Source of the DNA: an uncultured Bacilli bacterium
Lineage (GTDB): Bacteria > Bacillota_I > Bacilli_A > RF39 > UBA660
Direction: 5' to 3'
DNA: 32,000 nucleotides
Assembly (NCBI GenBank): GCA_934098505.1
Contig: CAKOOR010000004.1
Coordinates: 1 to 32,000, forward strand
In this document: positions 6,250-14,201 of the stretch, piece after piece
Layout of the letters: the number at the start of each line of letters is the position of its first letter
How positions within the stretch are numbered: the first letter of the stretch is position 1
Translations under genes and position numbers: made by a program
Notes under the pieces: generated by a model
The model's input: only the letters and a program-made list of their open reading frames with translations
What the model was told of the DNA's origin: nothing
Databases searched by the model: none

Positions 6250-7785
6250 ATGACAAAGAAAAATATAATATTTATAAGTGTATCTTTAATACTACTTATG
6301 TTATTAGGAATAGGAGTATCCTATTCTATGTGGATTTTGACTGTAAGTCAAACTGGGGTTAATACGGCTTATTCTAAGTGTTTTGATTTAAGTATAACTA
6401 ATAAAGAAAATAATATTTCATTAGAAAATGCTTATCCTATTACTAATGAAAAGGGTAAGAGCTTAACACCTTTTACTTTTACAATAACTAATACTTGTGA
6501 TATTAATGCTAGTTATAATATTAATTTAGAAAGTTTAAATGGTACTACTTTAAAAGCTGATTATCTAGATATAATGTTAGATAGTAATGAACCTAAGAGA
6601 TTAAATAGTTATTCTACTGCTACTTTAGTTAATAATGATAGTATTGATTCTAGAAACTTAACTAGTGGTATTTTAGATAGTGGTAAGTCTAAAAGTTTTT
6701 CTCTTCGTATTTGGATAGATTATAATACGACTTTAGCTGATTTAGAGAATTCTACTAAGTTATTTAAAGGTAAAATAATTGTAGTTGGTACTCCTACTAA
6801 TGAGTCTGAACCAATAATTAATAAGATTATTTCTCAGTTAGATACTTCTGGTAAGTGTCCAACGGTAAATGAAGATGGTTCGGTAAATGTAACTGGTGTT
6901 GAGGCAACAGATGGTTACTTATGTAAAGCCAAAGATGCTTATGGTGATTCCTATTATTATCGTGGTAATGTAACAAATAACTATGTGAAGTTTGCTGATA
7001 AATATTGGCGAATTGTTCGTATTAATGGTGATGGAACTGTTCGTGTTATTTATGATGGTACAAGTGCCCATACCAATGGAGAGTCAAGTAGTGATCGTCA
7101 AATTGGTACTAGTGCGTTTAATAGTAGTTATAATGATAATGCTTATGTTGGTTATATGTATGGTGCCACTGGTGCCTCAACGTATGCAGCAGCTCATGCA
7201 AATACCAATGATTCAACAATCAAAACTTACATAGATAATTGGTATAAAACGAATATTTTAGGAACTGCCAATGAACAATATTTGGCTGATAATGTTTTTT
7301 GTAATGATCGTTCAATAAGTACGTATACCACAAGTTCAAATACAAAACTGGGTTATGGAACTAATTCAACATATTATAGATGGGCATATGGTCCATGGAA
7401 CGGTACAAACTATGGTAATATGAAAATGATGTTAACATGTCCACAACAAAATGATGCCTTTACAGTAAGTGATACTACTAATGGTAATGGGGCTTTAACG
7501 TATCCAATAGGCCTTTTGAGTACAGACGAAATAGCACTAGCCGGTGGATGGAACGAAGAAAATAGTGGTTATTACCTATACTCTGGGCAAGCTTGGTGGG
7601 CTTCCTCGCCGTACTACTTCGGTGGTAACTACGCTAGCGTGCGTCGCGTGGATTCGGGTGGCTATGCGAACCACAGCAACAACGTGGGCGACGCTCGCGG
7701 GGTTCGGCCAGTTTTCAATCTGAAGGCTGATACACTGGCACAAGGCTCAGGGACAGCATCTGACCCATATCGCATTTCTTCGTAG
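6250..7785 (+). CDS. Membrane-anchored surface protein with C-terminal DUF6273-like (WW..SP ... GVRP) ligand-binding-type module
   Basis: 511 aa, RBS AAAGGAG. N-terminal anchor IIFISVSLILLMLLGIGVSY. The C-terminal ~280 aa carry the ordered motifs YWRIVRINGDGTVRVIYDG, YIDNWY, LLSTDEIALAGG, AWWASSP and GVRPVFNL. The name DUF6273 is from memory and has not been verified. Confidence 0.8.
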   Translation: MTKKNIIFISVSLILLMLLGIGVSYSMWILTVSQTGVNTAYSKCFDLSITNKENNISLENAYPITNEKGKSLTPFTFTITNTCDINASYNINLESLNGTTLKADYLDIMLDSNEPKRLNSYSTATLVNNDSIDSRNLTSGILDSGKSKSFSLRIWIDYNTTLADLENSTKLFKGKIIVVGTPTNESEPIINKIISQLDTSGKCPTVNEDGSVNVTGVEATDGYLCKAKDAYGDSYYYRGNVTNNYVKFADKYWRIVRINGDGTVRVIYDGTSAHTNGESSSDRQIGTSAFNSSYNDNAYVGYMYGATGASTYAAAHANTNDSTIKTYIDNWYKTNILGTANEQYLADNVFCNDRSISTYTTSSNTKLGYGTNSTYYRWAYGPWNGTNYGNMKMMLTCPQQNDAFTVSDTTNGNGALTYPIGLLSTDEIALAGGWNEENSGYYLYSGQAWWASSPYYFGGNYASVRRVDSGGYANHSNNVGDARGVRPVFNLKADTLAQGSGTASDPYRISS

Positions 7786-7960
7786 AAGAAATAAAAGAAA
7801 TTGAATTTTAAAACAGCTTAGCTTGGAATGACATTGGGAGAGTTAAAAGATAGAACGTGACGGAACCAAGAAATTCAAGCAACCCAAGAGCGAAAGGAAA
7901 GTACGTGTGCAAGCCCCAAGGATGGGAAGCTAAGGGACCCAAAACGAACAATAATGCGAG

Positions 7961-7997
7961 GGGTTTTGCTTAAACTATAAAAGCTTAAGCAAAACCC
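7961..7997 (+). terminator. Strong hairpin closing the intergenic element (possible terminator, weak T tract)
   Basis: Perfect 13-bp stem GGGTTTTGCTTAA (7961..7973) / TTAAGCAAAACCC (7985..7997) with an 11-nt loop. It is followed by GATTT rather than a long T run. Confidence 0.4.
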
Positions 7998-8032
7998 GAT
8001 TTAAATTAAAATTATAGAAATGAGGTAAGAAA

Positions 8033-11000
8033 ATGAGAAAAATAGTAGATGGTAATACTGCTTGTAGTAATATTGCTAATTTATTTACAGAAATAGCATC
8101 TATTTATCCTATTACACCATCTAGTCCGATGGCTAGTAATATCGATAATTTAAAATTAAGAAAGAAGAATTTATTTAATGAATCAGTTGAAGTAGTCGAA
8201 ATGCAAAGTGAAGCCGGGGCTGCTGGCGCTATGCATGGAGCTTTAATAAGTGGTTCTCTAGCAACGACTTTTACAGCATCACAAGGACTTCTATTAATGA
8301 TTCCTAATATGTATAAAATTGCCGGTGAAGGTTTACCAGGTGTCATTCATGTTGCGGCTCGTACGGTGGCAACCCATGCTTTATCAATCTTTGGTGATCA
8401 CAGTGATATTTATGCCACTCGTGGAACTGGTTTTGCAATACTCGCATCAACTAATGTCTTTGATGCTCAAAACTTAGCAGCCGTTGCTCATCTATCAACC
8501 ATCGAAGGAAGTGTACCTTTCTTACACTTCTTTGACGGTTTTAGAACTAGTCATGAACTAAATAGTATAGAAGAATTACCAGATGAAGAATTATTAAAAC
8601 TAATTGATTTTGATAAAGTAAATGCTTTTAAAAAACATGCTCTAAATGTTGGTTGTGGCTACCAAAGAGGTATGGCCGAAAACGAAGATATTTACTTCCA
8701 AAGTGTTGAAGCTCGTAATAATGATTACTTAAAGATTCCAGATATCGTAAATAACTATATGGAAAAAATAAATGATATCATGCATACTGATTATCAACCA
8801 TTTAACTATTATGGTTCCAAGACGGCAAAATATGTTATTGTTGCTATGGGTAGTGTTTGCGATACAGTAAAACTTACACTTGATGAATTAAATAAAGAAA
8901 ATAATGTTTATGGTCTAATTGAAGTTCATCTATATCGTCCATTTAGTAAAGATTATTTAACTAAAGTTATACCAAGTACCGTTGAAAAAATTGCTGTTTT
9001 AGATCGAACTAAAGAATCAGGTAGTATTGGGGAACCATTATATCTAGATGTTGTAGCTGCTTTACATGATAAAAATATCCAAATCGTTGGCGGCCGTTAC
9101 GGCTTATCTAGTAAAAATACAACTCCAAGTGATATTGCTGGTGTTTATAAAATGCTAGCAACAGAGTTAAAAAATAACTTTACGATTGGTATTAATGATG
9201 ATGTAACTAATTTAAGCTTAGCAAAAGTACCTATGGATATTCAAGTAGCTGATAAAGAAATTATAATCTATGGCTATGGTTCTGATGGTATGGTTTCAAC
9301 TTCTAAAGACATTATGCATTATCTAGGCGAAGAAAAAGATTTACATGTTCAAGGTTATTTCCAATATGATAGTAAAAAATCGGGTGGAGTAACTGTATCA
9401 AACTTAAGAATGTCTAGTAAACCAATAAATGCTCCATATTACGTATCCCATCCATCGTTACTAGTTATTACTAAAGATGCTTATTTAAAAGACTTTGATA
9501 TGTTTAGTAACTTAAAAGAAAATGGTATTTGCTTAATCAATACTAATAAAAAATCTCATGAATTAGACGAGATTATACCTAATAAAGCTAAAGAACTTAT
9601 TAAAGATAAAAATATCAAAGTATTACTAATAGATGCTGATAAAATTGCGTTAGAAAATGGTATTAAAGGTAAGATTAGTAAGATAATGGAAATAGTTATC
9701 TTAAAACTAATGGGATTTAATGATGCTGAAGACTATATTAAAGATTCTATTCGTAAGAAATTTGGTACTAAAGGTGATGATATCGTTAATGCTAATATTA
9801 ATTCTTTAAGTAGTGCTGTTAAGAGTGTTATCCTTGTTAAGGGAGAATTTACAAAAAAAGAAGAAAATGAATCACATGATGATATCTTTACTCTAATTAA
9901 TAAAAGAGAAGGGGATAATCTTAAAGTATCTGATCTCTTAGCTTATAAAAACGGTATTTTCCCTAATGGCCTAGCGGCTAATGAAAAACGTAAAATAACT
10001 AATATGGTTCCAAAGTGGATTCCTGAAAATTGTATTCAATGTGGAATGTGTGCAACAGTTTGTCCTCATGCTGTTATTCGTCCAATTATAACTGCGGCTA
10101 AAGATGCTGAAAAAGGTATTAAAGTCCTAGGACATACTGATTATAATTATGAAATTGTTGTTAGTGAAGCTGACTGTACTTCTTGTGGTCTATGTATTAA
10201 TGCTTGTCTTGGTAAAGCCGGTAAGAAAGCTTTAGAATTTGGTGAAGCTACTTACGAAACTCAAGATTATGCTGATAAAATGTTTAAAGACCATCAAAAC
10301 CCTGAAATTTTTGACAGATTTACTTTAAAAGGTGCCTCTTTAAGAAAACCTTGTTTCGAATTTAGTGGCGCTTGCGCTGGTTGTGGCGAAACTCCATACT
10401 TAAAAATGTTAAGTCAATTATTTGGCGAAAAATTAGTTATTGCTAATGCGACAGGTTGTTCATCAATTTACGGTGGTTCCGCTCCATCAACCCCATACTT
10501 AATTCCTTGGGCTAACTCTTTATTTGAAGATAATGCTGAATTTGGTTATGGTATGTATTTAACTTATAAAAATACCCAAAAACGTATCCATGATATTATT
10601 ACTAAGTCAGTAGATTGTGTAAATGATGAAGTAAAAGAGTTACTAAATAAATGGTTAGAAAATGAGAATAACTATGATGTAACTAAAGAAATTGTTGATA
10701 AATTACAAACGATGGAAATTCCAGAGGATTTAAAAGATATTTTAGAATATATGGTTGCTCGTAGCGTCTTCATCGTTGGTGGCGATGGTTGGGCTTATGA
10801 TATCGGTTTCGGTGGTATCGATCATGTCTTATCTAGTGGCGAAAATGTTAATGTCCTAGTTTTAGATACCGAGGTTTATTCTAATACCGGTGGTCAAGCA
10901 TCGAAATCAAGTCGTGTTGGGGCCGTTGCTGAATTTGCAAACATGGGTAAAAAGACAGCTAAGAAAGACTTATTTAGAATAGCTATGTCATATCCAAACT

Positions 11001-11401
11001 GTTATATCGGTAGTATCTCTTTCGGGGCTAACTTCATGCAAACTATTAAAACTATGAAAGAAGCTGAATCTCATAATGGACCAAGTTTAATTATTTGCTA
11101 CTGTCCATGCATCGAACAGGGTCTTCATGGTGGCATGTCAAACTCTATAAGTGAAGAAAAATTAGCGGTAGAATGTGGTTATGTTAACTTAATGCGTTAT
11201 GTACCTGAAGATAAAAAATTATATATCGATTCTAAAGAACCAGACTTTACTAAATATGAAGATTTCTTAAAGAACGAAGTAAGATATAGTAGTCTAATGA
11301 AAAAAGATCATGAACTTGCTAAAGAACTTCTAGATATTCAAGTAAATAATGCTAAAGAAAGATATGACTTTTATAAAGATATCGCTAGTAAAAATAATTA
11401 A
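8033..11401 (+). CDS. nifJ: Pyruvate:ferredoxin (flavodoxin) oxidoreductase
   Basis: 1122 aa single-chain PFOR. Two 4Fe-4S ferredoxin motifs (CIQCGMCATVCP, CTSCGLCINAC), a Cys cluster (CAGCGETPY, ATGCSSIYGG) and the TPP-binding motif GGDGWAYDIGFGG...SNTGGQ. Confidence 0.95.
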   Translation: MRKIVDGNTACSNIANLFTEIASIYPITPSSPMASNIDNLKLRKKNLFNESVEVVEMQSEAGAAGAMHGALISGSLATTFTASQGLLLMIPNMYKIAGEGLPGVIHVAARTVATHALSIFGDHSDIYATRGTGFAILASTNVFDAQNLAAVAHLSTIEGSVPFLHFFDGFRTSHELNSIEELPDEELLKLIDFDKVNAFKKHALNVGCGYQRGMAENEDIYFQSVEARNNDYLKIPDIVNNYMEKINDIMHTDYQPFNYYGSKTAKYVIVAMGSVCDTVKLTLDELNKENNVYGLIEVHLYRPFSKDYLTKVIPSTVEKIAVLDRTKESGSIGEPLYLDVVAALHDKNIQIVGGRYGLSSKNTTPSDIAGVYKMLATELKNNFTIGINDDVTNLSLAKVPMDIQVADKEIIIYGYGSDGMVSTSKDIMHYLGEEKDLHVQGYFQYDSKKSGGVTVSNLRMSSKPINAPYYVSHPSLLVITKDAYLKDFDMFSNLKENGICLINTNKKSHELDEIIPNKAKELIKDKNIKVLLIDADKIALENGIKGKISKIMEIVILKLMGFNDAEDYIKDSIRKKFGTKGDDIVNANINSLSSAVKSVILVKGEFTKKEENESHDDIFTLINKREGDNLKVSDLLAYKNGIFPNGLAANEKRKITNMVPKWIPENCIQCGMCATVCPHAVIRPIITAAKDAEKGIKVLGHTDYNYEIVVSEADCTSCGLCINACLGKAGKKALEFGEATYETQDYADKMFKDHQNPEIFDRFTLKGASLRKPCFEFSGACAGCGETPYLKMLSQLFGEKLVIANATGCSSIYGGSAPSTPYLIPWANSLFEDNAEFGYGMYLTYKNTQKRIHDIITKSVDCVNDEVKELLNKWLENENNYDVTKEIVDKLQTMEIPEDLKDILEYMVARSVFIVGGDGWAYDIGFGGIDHVLSSGENVNVLVLDTEVYSNTGGQASKSSRVGAVAEFANMGKKTAKKDLFRIAMSYPNCYIGSISFGANFMQTIKTMKEAESHNGPSLIICYCPCIEQGLHGGMSNSISEEKLAVECGYVNLMRYVPEDKKLYIDSKEPDFTKYEDFLKNEVRYSSLMKKDHELAKELLDIQVNNAKERYDFYKDIASKNN

Positions 11402-11412
11402 AAGTATATTAA

Positions 11413-11446
11413 AGATGTAGAAAATTAATTTCTATGTCTTTTTTCT
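11413..11446 (+). terminator. Rho-independent terminator of nifJ
   Basis: AGATGTAGAAA-ATTAA-TTTCTATGTCT (11-bp stem with two G-T wobbles) followed by TTTTTT. Confidence 0.6.
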
Positions 11447-11497
11447 TATTTTGCTTTTTATTATGAAAAAATTAATTATATTTAAAATATAACTATT

Positions 11498-11541
11498 TTC
11501 ATTGAACAAAACTGCCGTAAACGGCAAAAAAGTTCAATGAA
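11498..11541. repeat. 44-bp nested-palindrome repeat, copy 1
   Basis: TTCATTGAAC-AAAA-CTGCCGT-AA-ACGGCA-AAAAA-GTTCAATGAA. The outer 10-bp arms and the inner 6-bp arms are both self-complementary. Confidence 0.75.
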
Positions 11542-11585
11542 ACATTGATTTTAACAAAAAAAGACTATATAATGACTATATAAAG

Positions 11586-11628
11586 TTATTGAACAAAACT
11601 GCCACAAACGGCAAAAAAGTTCAATGAA
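11586..11628. repeat. Nested-palindrome repeat, copy 2 (slightly degenerate)
   Basis: TTATTGAACAAAACTGCCACAAACGGCAAAAAAGTTCAATGAA. Same element as copy 1 with a 1-nt deletion in the left arm and GT to AC in the inner stem. It ends 18 nt before the ATG at 11647. Confidence 0.7.
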
Positions 11629-11646
11629 AGGAAAGAGGAACTTATA

Positions 11647-12894
11647 ATGAATGAAAAAATAATAGAAAGAAATGATTACTTAAATAAAATAATTGCTCGC
11701 AAAGGTAATGGTTTAATTAAAATAATAACCGGTATTAGAAGATGTGGAAAATCTTTTATACTTAATAACATTTTTTATAATCACTTAATAAGTACTGGTA
11801 TCAAATCTGACCATATTATTAAATTAGCTTTAGATAGAGCTGAAAATATAGAGTATCATGACGCTAAAAAATTAAATGAATATATTTTGTCACAAATTAA
11901 AGATGATAACATGTATTATGTATTAATCGATGAAATTCAGTTAGCAGCTGGGTTTGAATTTGTTTTAAATGGCTTATTATACGAAAAAAACATTGATGTT
12001 TATGTTACTGGAAGTAATTCTAGATTTCTATCGAGCGATATAATTACAGAATTTAGAGGTCGTGGCGATGAAATCAGAATATATCCATTATCCTTTGCTG
12101 AATTTGTTAATGCTTATGATGGCAATAGATATGAGGCTTGGAATGAGTACGTAACTTATGGTGGCATGCCTTTAATATTGAAGCAGAAAACAGACGAACA
12201 AAAGAGTAAATATTTAACAAGTTTATACGATTTAACATATAAAAAAGATATAATCGATAGAAATAATATTGATAAACCAGATGTTCTTGATACTTTAATA
12301 AACATTTTAGCTTCCTCAGTTGGATCTTTAACCAATCCCCAAAAAATTTACAATACTTTTATAAGTAATGGTATCACAGATATTGCCAAAAATACGGTTA
12401 TTTCATATATGGATTATTTATTAGATTCATTCTTAATAGAAAAGGCTGAAAGATACGATGTTAAAGGTAAAAAATATATCCAGACTCCTCAAAAATATTA
12501 TTTTGCTGATATTGGTCTTCGTAATGCAAAGTTGAATTTTAGACAACAAGAAGAAAATCACTTAATGGAAAATATAATTTACAATGAATTATTAATTAGA
12601 GGTTATAATGTTGATGTAGGTGTAGTTGAAGTAAGAGAAGCTGATACAAGAAAACAGTTAGAAGTCGATTTTGTTTGTAACCAAGGCAATAAAAGATATT
12701 ATATTCAATCAGCCCTAAATCTAGATACTCCAGAAAAAACTCTTCAAGAAACTAAGTCCTTAAATAATATTGGTGATAATTTTAAAAAAATAGTTGTTGT
12801 TAAAGATAACATTAAACTATGGCGCAATGACGATGGAATTTTAATAATAGGAATTCAAGAATTTTTATTAAATAAAAATAGTTTAGATTTGTAA
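11647..12894 (+). CDS. AAA_14 / DUF4143-type ATP-binding protein (COG1373-like)
   Basis: 415 aa. Walker A GIRRCGKSF and Walker B YVLIDEIQ. The C-terminal region (YYFADIGLRN..., ...VDFV...) is typical of this widespread uncharacterised ATPase family. Confidence 0.8.
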   Translation: MNEKIIERNDYLNKIIARKGNGLIKIITGIRRCGKSFILNNIFYNHLISTGIKSDHIIKLALDRAENIEYHDAKKLNEYILSQIKDDNMYYVLIDEIQLAAGFEFVLNGLLYEKNIDVYVTGSNSRFLSSDIITEFRGRGDEIRIYPLSFAEFVNAYDGNRYEAWNEYVTYGGMPLILKQKTDEQKSKYLTSLYDLTYKKDIIDRNNIDKPDVLDTLINILASSVGSLTNPQKIYNTFISNGITDIAKNTVISYMDYLLDSFLIEKAERYDVKGKKYIQTPQKYYFADIGLRNAKLNFRQQEENHLMENIIYNELLIRGYNVDVGVVEVREADTRKQLEVDFVCNQGNKRYYIQSALNLDTPEKTLQETKSLNNIGDNFKKIVVVKDNIKLWRNDDGILIIGIQEFLLNKNSLDL

Positions 12895-12939
12895 AAAGGT
12901 CATAATATTTAAGATATAACTGTTTTCATTAAACTTATA

Positions 12940-13053
12940 ATGAATGAAAAAATAATAGAAAGAAATGATTACTTAAATAAAATAATTGCTCGCAAAGGTA
13001 CTAGTTTAATTAAAATAATAACCGGTATTAGAAAAAAATTGGGAAAGTACTAA
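12940..13053 (+). pseudogene. Decayed duplicate of the 5' end of the 11647..12894 ATPase gene
   Basis: 12940..13035 repeats 11647..11742 almost base for base (ATGAATGAAAAAATAATAGAAAGAAATGATTACTTAAATAAAATAATTGCTCGCAAAGGTA...). It then degenerates and stops after 37 codons (MNEKIIERNDYLNKIIARKGTSLIKIITGIRKKLGKY*). The Walker A motif is destroyed. The upstream ATATAACTGTTTTCATTAAAC also matches 11486..11507. Confidence 0.75.
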
Positions 13054-13135
13054 GTTATTAATGGATAATATAGATGATTCATAGCAGTGCATAGAAAAGA
13101 GCCATAAGTAGTTAAAATAAAGTATCTAAAACTTA

Positions 13136-13144
13136 TGTTATAAT
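13136..13144 (+). promoter_or_regulatory. Extended -10 promoter element upstream of the HipA-like gene
   Basis: TGtTATAAT, 16 nt upstream of the ATG at 13161 and followed by RBS AGAGGTG. No clear -35 element. Confidence 0.4.
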
Positions 13145-13160
13145 TAATAAGAGGTGTTTT

Positions 13161-14105
13161 ATGAAAAATTTTGATAACTTAAAAGAAAATGGAATAAGAT
13201 ACGGTGGGCATAATGGTTATAAATTAGGAGTTATAATTGATGGTAAAAATTGGTTTTTAAAGTTTCCACAATCAACTAGAAATTTAGCAAGGAAAGTAGA
13301 AATTTCTTATACTACTTCACCATTATCTGAATATATAGGATCTCATATTTATGAGATTATTGGTATTCCTGTTCATAAAACAATACTCGGTATAAAAGAT
13401 AAAAAAATAGTAGTAGCTTGTAAAGATTTTCGAAAAAATCCTAATATATATTTTTTTGATGATTTTAATTCGATTAAAAATGATTATGTCGAAGGATTAG
13501 ATGAAAAGTTAGAATCAACTTCCTCCAGCAGTAGTCATGGTGTAAGTTTAGAAGAAACAATGATTATGATGGATAACAATCCTTTATTTTTAAAAATGCC
13601 TGCTTTAAAAAGACGTTTTTGGGATATGTTTATTGTAGATGCTTTAATAGGAAATAATGATCGTAATAATGGCAACTGGGGTGTACTTGTAAATAGTGAA
13701 AATAACGAAACAGAACTGGCACCAGTCTTTGATAATGGGGCTTCATTTAATACTAAATCAAGTGATGACAAAATCGAGGCTATATTAAATGACAATGCTA
13801 GATTTGTAGAAAGTGCCTATAGAACCAGAACCTGTATTTTTGAAGAAAATGCCCAGTAAATAAATCCATTCAAGTATATTGAATCACTAAAAAATAAAGA
13901 ATGTAATGAAGCATTAATAAGAATAGTACCTAAAATTAATTTAGATAAAATAAGTGAAATGATTAATGAAATACCAGAAAGTTTTGAAGGAATAGATATA
14001 ATTAGTAAAAAGAGAAAAGAATTTTATATAAAATGTTTAAAATATCGTTATGAAATTTCCTTATATCAAACTTATTTAAAAACTTTAAAATTAGAAAATA
14101 ATTAA
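13161..14105 (+). pseudogene. HipA-like Ser/Thr kinase (C-terminal-domain type) interrupted by a single in-frame TAA
   Basis: ORF 13161..13859 contains the HipA-type catalytic loop FIVDALIGNNDRNNGNWGVL. The stop at 13857..13859 is followed in the same frame by 81 more sense codons (INPFKYIESLKNKECNEALIRIVPKINLDKISEMINEIPE...KTLKLENN*) ending at 14105. Confidence 0.65.
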
Positions 14106-14173
14106 TAAAAGATAATTAAGATATAGTTTTTATACATAAGATTATAGCTTTTTTTCCTATTTTGAAAAAAATA

Positions 14174-14182
14174 TGTTATTAT
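14174..14182 (+). promoter_or_regulatory. Candidate extended -10 promoter of the four-gene ATPase/vWA cassette
   Basis: TGtTATTAT, 19 nt upstream of the ATG at 14202, with RBS AAGGTGA in between. The -35 region is weak. Confidence 0.3.
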
Positions 14183-14201
14183 ATGTCGCAAGGTGATTTA
14201 A

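Noticed and set aside
6992-7234. 80-aa alternative-frame ORF inside 6250..7785
   Set aside because: It is nested, has no RBS and has an implausible composition.
7800-7960. Possible DGR template repeat (TR) for the VR-like segment at 7600..7712
   Set aside because: I aligned the A-rich intergenic block against the VR-like segment from the shared GGGGTT anchor. About 14 of 39 positions were mismatches at non-adenine template bases, which is incompatible with adenine-specific mutagenesis. It is therefore not a TR for this VR.
7786-8032. Riboswitch or T-box leader controlling nifJ
   Set aside because: I could recognise no T-box specifier or antiterminator motifs and no known riboswitch core. 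The composition links the block to the upstream gene's 3' end rather than to nifJ. It is kept only as an unclassified element in the findings.
8104-8346. 80-aa minus-strand ORF inside nifJ
   Set aside because: It is antisense to a highly conserved housekeeping gene.
13535-13795. 86-aa minus-strand ORF inside the HipA-like gene
   Set aside because: It is an antisense shadow ORF. The sense strand carries recognisable kinase motifs.
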